Source of the DNA: Chrysemys picta bellii | Taxonomy: Eukaryota | DNA length: 64,000 nucleotides | Direction of reading: 5' to 3' | NCBI RefSeq assembly: GCF_011386835.1 | Contig: NC_088797.1 | Location: 109,058,001-109,122,000, forward strand | In this document: in pieces, positions 1 to 12,650 of the stretch | Numbering within the stretch: the first letter of the stretch is position 1 | Layout of the letters: each line of letters begins with the position of its first letter | Made by a program: the position numbers and the translations under genes | Notes under the pieces: model-generated | What the model was told of the DNA's origin: nothing | Databases searched by the model: none | Seen by the model: only the letters and a program-made list of their open reading frames with translations

Positions 1-24
1 GATCCATTCCCTGTCACCCATTCC

Positions 25-210
25 CAGGAGTCCTGGATTCTATTCCCTGTTCTGCCATAGGCATGCTGTGTGACCTTGGGCAAGTCATTTCACTTCCCTC
101 TGCCTCAGTTTTGCCACCTGAAAACTGATGATAGTGCTACATGTCTCCTCTGTAAAGGGCAATGAGATCTATGGATAAGAAACACTGTTTAAGTTCAAAG
201 TATTATTATA
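25..210 (+). mobile_element. MIR/CORE-type SINE relic
   Basis: tcctggattctattccc...tgtgtgaccttgggcaagtcatttcacttc..tgcctcagttt CORE-like segment; near-identical wording at 37280-37350. Confidence 0.7.
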
Positions 211-844
211 TTTTCATATCTCTTAGTTGAGCAGAAGGATTTAATATGACTAACATCTCCTCTACACCCTCAAAGCCATCCGACACCCCCGAGTCTATGT
301 TGTAAAAGTGCTGAAATTAATGTTTTCAATTATGCTTGTTTTTAAAATTATAAACACAAATAATCGACGCTGGAAGTTTTGAGAGAGTTTCATGCAGAGA
401 GGAAAAATAATGACGTTTGCTTTTTCATACAGTTGGTGTAAAAGAGAAACTTTCACTCTGTCTCTGATTCAGCAAGGTACTGAAGGGTGTGTCTAAGTGC
501 ACTCACGTGAGTAGTCCAACCGATGTATATACTGAAAACTAGGCACTTGGTTGGGCAAGTTGCTAAACTAGGACCGTAGGGCCTGATTTACAAAGGTATT
601 TAAATGCAGATGGGGATCTACTGGGCTTAACAAAAGTACCTAAGTGAGTGAGGTACCTAAGTCCCATTGAAAATCCTAAATACCTAAATCTGATCCTTAA
701 TCATTATTGCTTATAGTAATATTGTTCACAAGTCACAATACCTGTGCTACTTTAAGTAAAAACAGCTCAAACCAGTTTTTGAATGGCTCTAAATAGTAGG
801 GTATTTGGATTGGAGAAATTACTTGCGTAGGTGTTTTGTTTACA

Positions 845-1485
845 TTGTCACAGTTACAGGACTAGCTACACTTGTTGATGCCCCTACTCCCTTGGACTCT
901 CTGAGTGCACCCCCGCTTTTGTTGGGCCTTGTACCTTTAACCGTTTCTGGGGTGAAATTCCATAAACCTTCCATTCATAGACAAGGTGCTAAGCAACAGT
1001 ACCCTGTGTATTAACTGTGCTTGCTCAGTAGATCCAACTGCATTCAAATATGTGCACTTCTTCCCTTAGGGAGCTTGTGACCAGCAGTGAAAACAGTGAC
1101 CCAAAGCAGCCTTCTTAAACCAAAGTATTGTTTAATTTTAACAGTAGGAAAAATACACAACAAGACAAAAGGATTTTAAAACAACAGAAGGTCTCTACCC
1201 ATCTTTCTTACCCAGAGTCCTAGGGAGGACTATCTTAGCACAGACCCCTATCTTCTGGGAGTCTGGATCTAAGTCTGTCTCCCTTAAGTATCTCTCCCTG
1301 TCCTTGAGGCTGTCTTTAAATCCAACCAAAGTTCTTTTTTCTCTCACATACTTGGCCATGCTGCCCAAAACCAGTTTGGTGAGCTCCCCAGGGGATCAAG
1401 CCATGCTCTCCAATTGTCTTGTACTACCTCTTAAGTGTTTGCTGAACTATTATTCCATGACCTTCCTGTTTGTTTCCAATAGGCT
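845..1485. mobile_element. Degenerate LTR-like repeat
   Basis: Starts TGTCACA; composition resembles other solo LTRs in the window; 3' end and TSD not resolved. Confidence 0.35.
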
Positions 1486-1493
1486 GAACCAAT

Positions 1494-1640
1494 ACAGAGA
1501 GACAAGGTGGGTGAGATAATATATTTTATTGGACCAACTTCTGTTGGTGAGAGAGACAAGTTTTCAAGCTACACAGAGATCTTCCTCAGGTTTGGGAAAG
1601 ATAGAGTGTCACAGCTAAATACAAGATCGAACAGGCAGTT
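1494..1640 (-). mobile_element. Penelope-like element pLTR remnant with decayed hammerhead motif
   Basis: gagagacaaggtgggtgagataatatattttattggaccaacttctg... matches a reptile PLE repeat as I recall it; minus strand has CTGAGGA-A-GATC..GCTT-GAAA at ~1553-1594. Confidence 0.65.
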
Positions 1641-1839
1641 TAACATAAGTGGGTGGGCAAACATTTTGGCCCGAGGACCACATCTGGGTATGGAAATTGT
1701 ATGATGGGCCATGAATGCTCATGAAATTGGGGGTTAGGGTGCAGGATCTGGCTGGGGGTGTGGGCTCTGGGGTGGGGTTGGGGGGTTCAGGATAGTGCTC
1801 CAGGCTGGGACCCAGGGGTTCAGAGAGCGGGAGGGGGAT
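1640..1839. mobile_element. hAT MITE 5' fragment
   Basis: GGGTGGGCAAAC..TTGGCCCGAGG terminus followed by G-rich interior; truncated at the LTR. Confidence 0.6.
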
Positions 1840-2801
1840 TGTGAACCACACCCTGAGTGTCTGCATGTAATTGCAGCCTGCCAGCCACACTTGGGTTACA
1901 CTCTGGCTCTCACCAGCCTTGGTTATACTGTAGGGTGACCCCAACACACCCCCAGTCTTAGATTTCCCCCAGAAATATATGCTTTGTACTGCCCAGTCCT
2001 CTCCTGGACAATACAAGTTATACTAGGTCCATTATCTCTTTTTTAAAATATGCACACAATTTGTCATCCAAAATGGTTTCCCAAACACTTCAATTTAAAC
2101 ACACTGGATTAGATAAAACAAGTTGATTAACCACAAAGAGATTTTAAGTGACTATGAGTAATGAGGCATAAAAGTCAGATATGGTTACAAGAAAAATAAA
2201 GATGTTTACGAATGCCTAACTTAATGATATCAGATTCAAGCAAAGTTTCTCACCATATGCTTTCATCAGTCTTACTGAACAAACCCTGTGGGTCAGGATC
2301 ACTTCTCCCAGAATCCAACTCTTGCTTCCTTTTTCACTTCAGATACAGTGAATATGATGGACGAGGGAAAGAGGCAGGTGTCTGCCCCCTTCTTTTCATA
2401 GTCCTGCTCCCCCCTTTTGAGGAGCATTTCCAGCTCGGAGCAAGGCAACAGGCAGTCTGCGTGGAAGGAGTTTCCTGCTGCTTTTTCTCACCTGTTTGAG
2501 CTTTCTTTTTTTTCTCCTCCCAGCCTGATGACTCTGTTTACTGCTTAAATGCAAATTAAGCACAGCACATATTTCTTTGTTTAGGACCAACCTGTTTACC
2601 AATCTCAGTTTTCTCAAGGCTGTGGGTTTTGAAACATGTGTTAGTATCATACAATGAAATCTTATAACTTCATATACAATGTTGCCACACACATTTTATC
2701 AGAACAATAATGACAAGCAAATTATGAGTTTGCTTGTCATTACTGAAAAAGATTATCACAATAGTATGTAGGGTGTGAATACATGGGTATATTCTGTCAC
2801 G
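1840..2801. mobile_element. Solo LTR (Gypsy/ERV type)
   Basis: TGTGA start, TGTCAC end, ~960 bp, no coding; TSD not found. Confidence 0.6.
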
Positions 2802-5299
2802 CCTGTCAAAGAAGGATATTAGGTTCACTGAACGTGAATTTATTCACAGCACTCTGTCAAAGCAAAATTTACAAGTGAAAAGTAAACATGAAAGACTTAG
2901 AGAATTCCTTTTGGGTTCTCTGGGTTGGTTTTTCTCCTTATTAATTAACAGACATGGAATCATTTAGAGTTAGACATCCTTTACATTGTGACTAATACAT
3001 ACAAAGGGCCAAATTGACCTTTTCTCTTTATTGAATTTAGTGGACTTACATCAAGGATGAATTTGAATGCAATTGCCATCACTGATCCAAGGGAACAGTG
3101 GATGCATAGATTTTTTTTCTGATGTAAATATCAATATTAGCTTTTGGGTTAACGTCCTGTCTTTCAGAACATCTACAGTTTCACTTGAAGTCAGCAAGCT
3201 GAGGTCCTGACTGGCTTGAGCCAGGTTCTTGGTGTGTGACTCTGCTAGGGGTAAGCATTCCCTAGTTCATTTTGAAAGCTGAAATAAATGGAAAGTAAAG
3301 ATCCAGGGGGTGATTTGATGAGAAGTATAAGGTAAAGGGATCCACTAGCACAATTAACACGGGAACATAGAACTGGTCCAAATATTTTCAACAAAACACT
3401 TTTAAAATGAAAAATGGCTCTTTAAGTAAAACAAACATTTTCATTTTGCTGAAATTTTCATGGACTTTTTAACAAAAACAAAATTATATGGGGAGTTTAA
3501 AAGATCCTAGACATTTACCAGTCCTGAATTACGATATCCATGTATGTCAACTGTTTTGTGAGCACTGTACTTCATAGGGGCTGGGCTCAAACACACACCC
3601 CGTCCACTAAATATCTGTTGAACTTTTAAATTACATGTTCTCTTCATATTGATGGTCCTCATTTACTGTAATGAAGTGGTGGTGGAGACTTTAAATCTAC
3701 TCTAAACTACTATCCACACGTTAAAGGCTAAAGGCCTGTTTCAACTCCTATTGAAGAAAATGGAAAGATTGCCATTGATTGCAATGGGAGCTAGAGCTGT
3801 TCCCTAATGAAAAATGGTTGAAATTTGACCCCCAAGAGATCTGTGGTGCAGTGTTCCCCCTTTAGGGAAGCTTGGGAAAACAGATCCTTACAAGTCTCTG
3901 AAATGTTCAACCTTGCTCAAAATTACCCCAATCAGGGTCTCTCCAGAACCATTTTTTCCTACAAGTTCCAATCCACCATTCTTCCATTCTCTCTGGGACC
4001 CTGTGAACTCTCCACAACCATTTCTGGTCTCCTTATATGCTCTTCTACGTGCCACAAAAATCCCTTCCCTTTCCCACCCACCTTGGCCTTCTTTGAGTTC
4101 TATGTTTTTGATTTCTAAAACAGATCCATCAAATACTGAAACACAGTACAAGTCACTGAGCAGAGAGCGTAACCCTGAGCAGAGTCATGCACCATGTCTG
4201 ACTGCTCCATGGTAATGCACAGGGAGAAACAGCAATAACGAAAATTGGGGCAAGTAGCTATGTGTGAAACCGATTTTTTGTAACTTTCAGACATGATTTT
4301 ACAATCCTCACATTACTTTTCCATCTGTTAATTATATTACTGAGGAGTTTCCATTCTTCTCAGCTTTTTCCCTTTTGTTTAAGTGATCTTTTAAAGAGAC
4401 TCTCATCCTGTATAGGCTTCCAGTTTACTTTCCCAAAAAGAATGTAAAAAGAAAAAATACTCAATCATCACGCCTATGGGGATACCTGGTATAATTTATT
4501 TATCTCTCCCTATCCCCTGTGTCTGTCTAGGTTTTAATATTGTAAAAGATTATTATGTTGGGGCTTTTCCATCTGATGCAGCTTCTCTCACATCCTTAGG
4601 GTCTGGTCTTCTGTTTACAGTGTGCAAGTATTTTTTCAGCTCAGTAAGCAAATTGTACAAAGCCTGAGAGCAGAAACATTGAACTCACGGCTTTGACCTT
4701 GTTGCTAAAGCAATGTAAATATACAGTAAGTAATGTCTGGATTCAATCTCTCTATAAATCTTCTTAGATCTTTTTAATGGAGTATGTACTGCAGTAAAAT
4801 TCCAGGTCTACTTTTCCCAGGTCCCTTCTTACTTTTACCAAGTGTAATTGTGTTCATAGATTATACAAGTACTCACACAATTTTTAATCCCCTAAAAACT
4901 ATTCACTACCATCTCCTTTCAGTCTCCAAGAATACACTTGGGAGACTTCATTCACCCCTCTCCCCCCCTTGCCTGATCACTCACTCTCAAAAGCAGTCTT
5001 GATTTCTTCTTAGCGTCCCTTGTTTACATATAAGATCTGTGGTGTTTCTCTTGCCACTTTCCACTGCATATATGGTTAGTGCATTTAACAAAAATACTGT
5101 TGCAGTCACTTTCATCTTTTCCTCCTAATTGTTTTAATGTTTTCTCTGTAATGTATTCATCTTGAGAATAGATGTGCTTGCTTATAAAGAGCTGTGTGTT
5201 AACTTATAACTTTGAGCAATACACTGGGTATAGCCTCTGGAGAGAAAACAAGGTTCAGATACTGGTCTTTTCGGCCATCTGGCTTGCTGGCAATATCAT

Positions 5300-5960
5300 A
5301 GTATCAGCAGAGAACTGTGCAGCTTTTAAAGATCCCCTGGTCAGGAGGGAGAGAGACATGAGTCTCTATCCAGGAATGGTGATGGCTGAGGAGCCAGGAC
5401 CCCTAGAGTGGGTGTCCTCGAAGGGACCATGGAGGGGAAATACAGGTGTAGTTACCTTGAACTATGATAATATTCACTGAAATATTTGATTTGTTCCCTC
5501 TGACATAGGAGACTTGTAAATCGCCTTAGCTCATTATTATTTACTTTTATAACCTACAAACAAATAGAAAGATGTGATGACTGAAGTCCAATGGCACTAC
5601 AGATCAGGGTCTAGTAATAAGTGAGGATAACTAATAGTAGGGAGAGGAAGGATTAAGCAAGATCAAGGGTTACAGACAACGATAAAGTAAATATAGTAAC
5701 ATTTCACCCAATATGGCAATATGACAAATACAAGCATGCAGATTAAATGATTAAATAGGATACTTTTAAAAAGGCACTAGATGTGTCCAATAGCCAGGAA
5801 ATAGGACATTGAATCATCTCAATGTTTGTCACGATTCAATTGGTCTTAGAACTGCCGTCCCTAAAAGACTAGAGATGGGTCAAAATAAGTAGTACCCTTG
5901 ATCTGCACTCCACTGACTGAGCCCATTTTATAATCAGCCATCTCAATGAGTTATTATAGT
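5300..5960 (+). mobile_element. Very old CR1-like fragments
   Basis: Decayed GVPQGSVLGP-like nucleotide pattern near 5870-5950; purine-rich LINE-like sense strand. Confidence 0.3.
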
Positions 5961-7140
5961 AATAAGCAAAATGGAATTTAAGTTGCATAATATGTTGCCT
6001 AGATAGGAATCAGGTAGGCATGGGTTAAATTGTTTTAACTGCTATAAATGGTTTTGTTGAAATTATATTAAGTCTTCTGATTCCTGGAATCTTACATTCC
6101 TGGAATGTGTACGTGGTATGATTATCAAGTGTTAATTAAGTGGTGCTCAGAGCATCCTAAGAATTGGATTAGCTGAAATTTGCCAGTTTAACTGAAGCAC
6201 TGGAATTTTTTGGCTTTGGTTATAAGAGAAGAATTTGCATGTGTCAGTAGCTCATGTCTGTCTCTCAACTCCTTGGTGGGTTTGTGTTCACCCTTGTTGC
6301 AGGTTGCACACCAAAGCCTTCTTCCAGATCTCAGTTATGCTGGGTGTAAATTGGGAGTAACTCCATTGAAGTCAGTTTAATATATGTGTATAAAACAGTT
6401 GAGCAGTGTGAATTAGGCCCCACATTTCCTTTAACTGCCTGCAGGGATGTCAAAGGTATGGGATACACCCATATCTATACACACTATAGTAATAGTTTAG
6501 TGCAAGAGAGAACTACAAGTAATGTGTGCAGACAAATAAATTCTATAGTCTTCAATGTTAGTTCATGTGTGCTCTAAATACTGATACCTAATGAACAGGT
6601 AGAATTATTTATACTTATTAGTAACTTGCTGTTACATATGGCTGGAAGCTTTTTAAATACTATGGTGGTGGAAAACCCATAAATAGACATATAGCTCTAG
6701 ATTGATCCAGACGTATCTAGATACTTAAATAGGAAGAAAGAAGTGGATAATTATAATCTTTTGTCTATCTGTTGATCTACTTACTCTTTATGTGACAGTT
6801 CACGTTAGTGAGAGAACCTAACTATTTGTGGCATTCTGCCTAAAGGAAGGAATTTATGAAAATTGTAAAATGTCAGCCACTAATAAGGAATATGCTATCC
6901 CTTGTAAAGGAGATTGAAGTATTAATCACCAAGGGAAGCATGGCAAGTAAAGCTGTGTGAAAAGCTTTACACTGGCAGTAGCTTTTGCTGTTGGCTATTT
7001 TTGAAAATTTACTGTAGGGTTTTCCCCAGTACAAATTGCTTTTCGAGCACTTGCCTCACACTGTACTGAACAATGCATCACAGTGGGAGGAAAGCTAAAG
7101 ATCAAAGGCTATTTTGGGATTGCTACGGATAAATCGTACA

Positions 7141-7438
7141 GGGGATGTCTAAACATCTCACGGCAGCAGAACTCACAGCCTGGGTTGACAGACTGAGGCT
7201 CACAGGCCTCACGCTACCAGGCTAAAAATAGTAGTGTAGACAGTACTTGGAAGTTGCAGCTCGGGCTAGAGCTTGGGCTCTGAAGCCCAGGAAGGGGGGT
7301 GGGCTTCAGGAGTCTGAGCTCCAGCTTAAGCTGCAATGTCTACACTGCTATTTTTAGCATGGTGGCATGAGCTCCACAAGCCCAAGTCTATTGACCCAGG
7401 TTGGGAGGCTCATTTCCACAGGCTGTGTAGATGTATCC
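7141..7438. mobile_element. PIF/Harbinger-type MITE
   Basis: GGGGATGTCTAAAC...GTGTAGATGTATCC terminal inverted repeats, internally palindromic. Confidence 0.75.
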
Positions 7439-7563
7439 ACAGTTTCTAAATTCTCAGCTATGAGTTAGGATCCTCTGCTGTTGGGAGCGGGGGACCCGAA
7501 TCTAGTACAGCTGTGTTGCAGGGCACACCAGCTCCCTGGAATTACCCTGCTCATACTCTAAAT

Positions 7564-7680
7564 CAGTGGTTCTCAACCTATTTACCATTGTGGGCCACAT
7601 CCAATTCTACCTGTATGGCCCTGAAGATGTCACATGGGCTGCAACTGTGTGATGATTGGGTCTCACGTTGAGAACCACTG
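7564..7680. mobile_element. hAT MITE (117 bp)
   Basis: 14-bp perfect TIR CAGTGGTTCTCAAC / GTTGAGAACCACTG; decayed 8-bp TSD (ctctaaat/attcaaat). Confidence 0.85.
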
Positions 7681-7744
7681 ATTCAAATCTACAGAAGCCC
7701 CTCTATAGCTGTGAATCGAGAGTAAAGCATTCTCATACAACTTG

Positions 7745-8110
7745 AGAGAAAGGATGGTCCAGTGGTTAAGATGCTTCAGAGGCCTGAATTAAATTCTCTG
7801 CCCTACCACAGATTTTCTGTGTGACTTTGAGCAAGGCACTTCTTTCTCTGGACCTCAGCACTTTATAAGGGAGGGATAGCTCAGTGGTTTGAGCATTGCC
7901 CTGCTAAACCCAGGGTTGTGAGTTGAGGTTGAGGGGGCCATTTAGGGATCTGGGGTAAAAATCTGTCTGGGGACTGGTCCTGCTTTGAGCAGGGGGTTGG
8001 ACTAGATGACCTCTTGTGGTCCCTTCCAACCCTGATATTCTATGATCTGTAAAATGGAGATACCACTTCACTGGAGCACAAGGGAGTTGGGAGGATAAAT
8101 ATATTCAGGA
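7745..8110 (+). mobile_element. MIR-like SINE split by a younger SINE
   Basis: 5' half 7745-7865 (tgtgtgactttgagcaagg...ctctggacctcag) resumes at ~8048 (ctgtaaaatggagata). Confidence 0.6.
7869..8047 (+). mobile_element. tRNA-derived turtle-type SINE with CR1 3' tail
   Basis: A box TAGCTCAGTGG, damaged B box, tail ggactagatgacctc..ggtcccttccaaccctgatattctatgat shared with CR1 3' ends. Confidence 0.88.
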
Positions 8111-8208
8111 GTGAGGAACTCAAATTCTATGGTAGTGGGGGCCTTAGCTAGAAACTGTGATGGGCATGGAATATGAACCTGGGTAGACAGAGGTCAGGGA
8201 GACATTTT

Positions 8209-9125
8209 AAGAACATAAGAACGGCCGTACTGGGTCAGACCAATGGTCCATCTAGCCCAGTATCCTGTCTACCGACTGTGGCCAATGCCAGGTGCCCCAG
8301 AGGGAGTGAACCTAACAGGTAATGATCAAGTGATCTCTCTCCTGCCATCCATCTCCACCTTCTGACAAACAGGCTAGGGACACCATTCCTTACCCATCCT
8401 GGCTAATAGCCATTAATGGACTTAACCACCATGAATTTATCCAGTTCTCTTTTAAACACTGTTATAGTCCTAGCCTTTACAACCTCCTCAGGCAAGGAGT
8501 TCCACAAGTTGACTGTGTGCTGTGTGAAGAAGAACTTCCTTTTATTTGTTTTAAACCTGCTGCCCATTAATTTCATTTGGTGGCCCCTAGTTCTTGTATT
8601 ATGGGAATAAGTAAATAACTTTTCCTTATCTACTTTCTCCACATCACTCATGATTTTATACACCTCTATCATATCCCCCCTTAGTCTCCTCTTTTCCAAG
8701 TTGAAAAGTCCTAGCATCTTTAATCTCTCCTCATATGGGACCCGTTCCAAACCCCTAATCATCTCTGAACCTTTCCTAGTACCAGTAGATCTTTTTTGAG
8801 ATGAGGAAACCACATCTGTATGTAGTATTCAAGATGTGGGCATACCATCGATTTATATAAGGGCAATAATATATTCTCCCTCTTATTCTCTATCCCTTCT
8901 TTAATGATTCCTAACATCCTGTTTGCTTTTTTGACCGCCTCTGCACACTGCGTGGACGTCTTCAGAGAACCATCCACAATGACTCCAAGATCTTTTTCCT
9001 GATTCGTTGTAGCTAAATTAGCCCCCATCATATTGTATTTTTTCCAACGTGCATTACTTTACATTTATCCACATTAAATTTCATTTGCCATTTTGTTGCC
9101 CAATCACTTAGTTTTGTGAGATCTT
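8209..9125 (-). mobile_element. CR1 LINE 3' portion with frameshifted ORF2 C-terminus
   Basis: ORFs 8759-9031 (EKDLGVIVD..HLEY) and 8403-8813 ([31 protein letters not shown]) plus CR1 3' UTR. Confidence 0.95.
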
Positions 9126-9156
9126 TTTTTTCTATTTACATTCAGTCAGATGGTTC

Positions 9157-9423
9157 CATGGGTGGTGAGTATTATAGGCTGGGGGAGGCTGTGCCTCTCC
9201 AGACAGCCAGGCATAACTCCGCCCACACTCCACCCTCAGACACCCCCCCCCCCGCCTCCGCTTGGCACGGCTCCAGTCTCCCTGTGGCCCTGGCTCGGAC
9301 CGCACCGCCTGCCTGCTCTCCCAGGGCTGCAGTGGGGGAGGGCTCTGGTCTGTCGGGGGTGCAGAAGGGGCAGGGCCTCAGGCAGAAGGGGTGGAGCTGG
9401 CAGTGGTTCACATGCTGCCCATG
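9157..9423. mobile_element. GC-rich hAT MITE
   Basis: TIR CATGGGTGG / CTGCCCATG; 8-bp TSD gatggttc/gatggatc (7/8). Confidence 0.85.
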
Positions 9424-12400
9424 GATGGATCCTGAACTTGCAATGAGCTCTGTGTTTGCAGACCCCCATGAAAGTCTGGTTGTGTGCAACTGCAGAAGTC
9501 TGCACCACTCTGACAATGTGAAGGGGGCTTACAATGGGCCGAAGCTGACCCCTCAGAATACCTCCCTCCCCCCATGGAGGAGCCCTCTCCACCCAGTGTA
9601 AGAACTGCTTTAAGGACTCTATACTAGCCCTGATCCCAGCCCCTGAATTCAGCGGCAGATTGAGGGTTGGTCAGAGTGCACTAGACTGTAGCTGCTCTGT
9701 GCTTTCCAAGGCCTATTCAGGGACTCGGGGATGCAGAATATAAGTTAGAGCAGCCCTGAGCCATAAAGCTGCTCTAATTTACACTGAGGGCTGGGCAGGT
9801 ACCTCCATAGCCTCAACTTTCCCCTCTCATCCCTACCCCAAGCACAAGAAATGAAGGAACTAGGAATCAAGCCTAAATTTTCTGTTCATTGCACTATAAG
9901 TATTAGCAATATGCGAGCAATATCACTGTCAGATCTACATATTTTAATGGGAAAGATAAGTTATTGCAGACCGTTGTTTTCTATATGGAAATCCAGATGA
10001 CAATATGCTAAACCTGCCAGTCATGTTAGATATAGTGAGAGCTACCCTCAATGCCAAAGGTTTAAAAAAAAAAAAAGTGTGATTCTACTCTGAAAGGGAC
10101 CTGAGAATAACACCTTGTTGTTCAATAGATCTGTTACCTGGGTGGATTCAGAATCATAGCTGCTTGTTTTAGTGAAAAAATTGTTCCTCATTTTTACTCC
10201 GGTTGGCAGTGCTATTCTGGCTGGCCAGTTCATGGCTAAAAGTCAGCTGGCTTCCCATACCTGCTTGTGCATCATCAATAGAACTAATTACTAAAGTTTC
10301 AATTGCAGATCTAATCAGTTACTCTCCAGGCAAAGGGTTTGCAGAGTTGTAACTAAAGGAAAAATGTGGCCGGCAGAGCCCATATCACTGATGATGATCA
10401 GAAAAGAAAACAACTAAGTTTGACTATCTGGTCTCAGTCTTAAGGGCTGGCAGTTAGAAAAGAACAACTTTTTATTTGCAAACAGACCCCAGTTGATCTG
10501 GAAACTATTGAGAAATGACAAACATGGAACCCAACATGCCAATTTTACAGTCACTTTTCAGAGCAGAATAACATTTTTGTGTTCTTGCAGCTGCCAGTAT
10601 CTCTCTACATGTCAGGATTTCCCTTTGGATCCTTATGCATGAGAACATACACTAGGTAACATTAAAGCAATCATGGGGAGGGACTGAAGAGGAAGCAACA
10701 CGTATGCACACGTAATGAGATAGGAAAGGAGAAGTACGATTTTGTTTTTCCTCTAGCCCTAATTACATTTTTGACTAGTATCCCCTATAAAAGAATTATG
10801 GCAAATATGCATCATGCCAACAGAAAAATATAATAAGGCATGAGACAGGAGGGCTTTGCTGTTCTTTACCTCACTGAAAGTATCTTTGCTTCCATAGCTT
10901 TCCCAAGAAGCATATACAATTATAGATCAGAAATCTCAGCTGTCACTGGGCATGAGACAGTGGAAGAGACTGCCTCACCACTGATGTGAAGATTACTTCA
11001 TAAACAATAGATTTCATAGCTGTCACTGCTCATTGGATTTTCATCTTTGCCTCCTACACCAAACAGCAATATACCCCAAACCTGACATCGCTTTGCATGA
11101 AGAGCTTTGGCAAAAGTCACACTGCTGGCACTCAGGTGGAGGAAATGTGAAAATGATGTGTCTAATTTCACTGACCCAGATGAGTGAAATGTGTACAGGG
11201 CAACTGGCTCAAAGTCCATTAGGTTTTAAAAGTTCTTTCCAGTTTAATAGTTTAGGTGCTATTAGCAACACAGGCAAGCATTTTATTCTGAATAATTGTA
11301 TCTAATGTGTATCATAGCTGCATAGCTTTAATCTGAGTTTTTAAAATTTAATTTACAAGGTACTGTGTGGTTACTGTAACACCTCACCTGGCCATCATGG
11401 CAATTGGTAGCTTATGTCACCCATATAACTGGACTCACGTGTCAGCATCCAAAGCTCTGGAAGAGACTCAAAAAACCCAAAAGTTACATGTAAAGGTCCC
11501 AGTTGAGTAAATTATTTAAGCACATGCCTAGATTTAAGCCTACAAGTGCTCCTGTTGTATTCACTGGGGCCACTCACAGGCTTAAGTATCTTGCTGAATT
11601 GGGAACAGCGTGTTGAGCCTTTTAGAAAAAAAGAAGTGGTTTTAACACAGTAAACTGGCTCTTCTTGAAAATATTTAGTTCATGTGTTTTTTAATTATCC
11701 CTTTTTGAGTATTCCCCACTAGACCTATTCAGAGACATCTTGTTAGGCTGATAAGTAAAGCAAGGGAGGGTTCTGTATCATTGAACAAAGCCTAGTCTAT
11801 GATATGCTTTGGCACTTTTTAGAAGTACAGGATTACTGGTGGCTGCAATTGCATTGCTTTACCCAGGAATTCAAGGGAGAGGGAGGCTGGCTATGAGTGT
11901 GGCTGGGGATGCTTACATGAAGCAAGCAGTAGCCGGCAAGGTTTATTTTTAGCCTGGACAGGGTCCAGGATCTTCCAGGAGAATGCTTTAGTGAGACCAT
12001 ATTTTTTTCCAAGCAAAAATAAATCAGAAAAAGAAAGAAATGAGAGGCTGAAATGGAAGTGTCTCCATTGGAAGAGATGAATGAGGGACTACACTCACAA
12101 TGGGCCAGATTGTCATCCTCTCACTCATGCTGAATAGTACCTTAACCAGAAGTAGTTTCCCTGAATTCAAAAGAACCACTTGTGGAGTATAAGATACTAC
12201 TCAGTGTGAATACATGTATCACAGCCTGGCCAATGGAAGCAGCAGCAAACACCAAAGGCTAGTGAAAACTATGGGGGAACAAAATTATAGCCCAGCACAA
12301 GACGGCTTGGCAAAGACTTAGTAACTGAATGAATGAAACTAGACAGACAATGTCCAGGAAGCACCAACTTGCCATCTTTATTCTCCTCACCCTCACACCA

Positions 12401-12439
12401 GCCTAAATCAGGAATAACTCTGTTCTCTTAAGGTCATAA

Positions 12440-12650
12440 TGATGAGGCACTCTCAGAGGACAAGGTGTCAAAAATAGGAGATGCTGGAACAAACTGATAC
12501 ATTGGACAGCAAAAAGTCACCAAGATCAAATGGTGTCCATCCAAGAGTTCTGAAAGAACTTTAGAACAAAGAGCCAGAACTATCAACAAAAATAAGCCAT
12601 CTCATTGGAATCAGCACCTATACTAGAGCCTACCTTTAGGAAAGTGTTGT
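12440..12650 (+). mobile_element. Old CR1 ORF2 fragment
   Basis: aagtcaccaagatcaaatggtgtccatccaagagttctgaaagaact is a decayed KSPGPDGIHPRVLKEL motif. Confidence 0.6.

Noticed and set aside
7869-7940. tRNA gene
   Set aside because: B box is damaged, there is no cloverleaf 3' half, and it continues into a CR1-type tail, so it is a SINE
9116-9601. Overlapping 98-161 aa ORFs on both strands
   Set aside because: They coincide with a GC-rich hAT MITE; low stop-codon density explains them. The same applies to 21743-22150, 33155-33766 and 59681-60400
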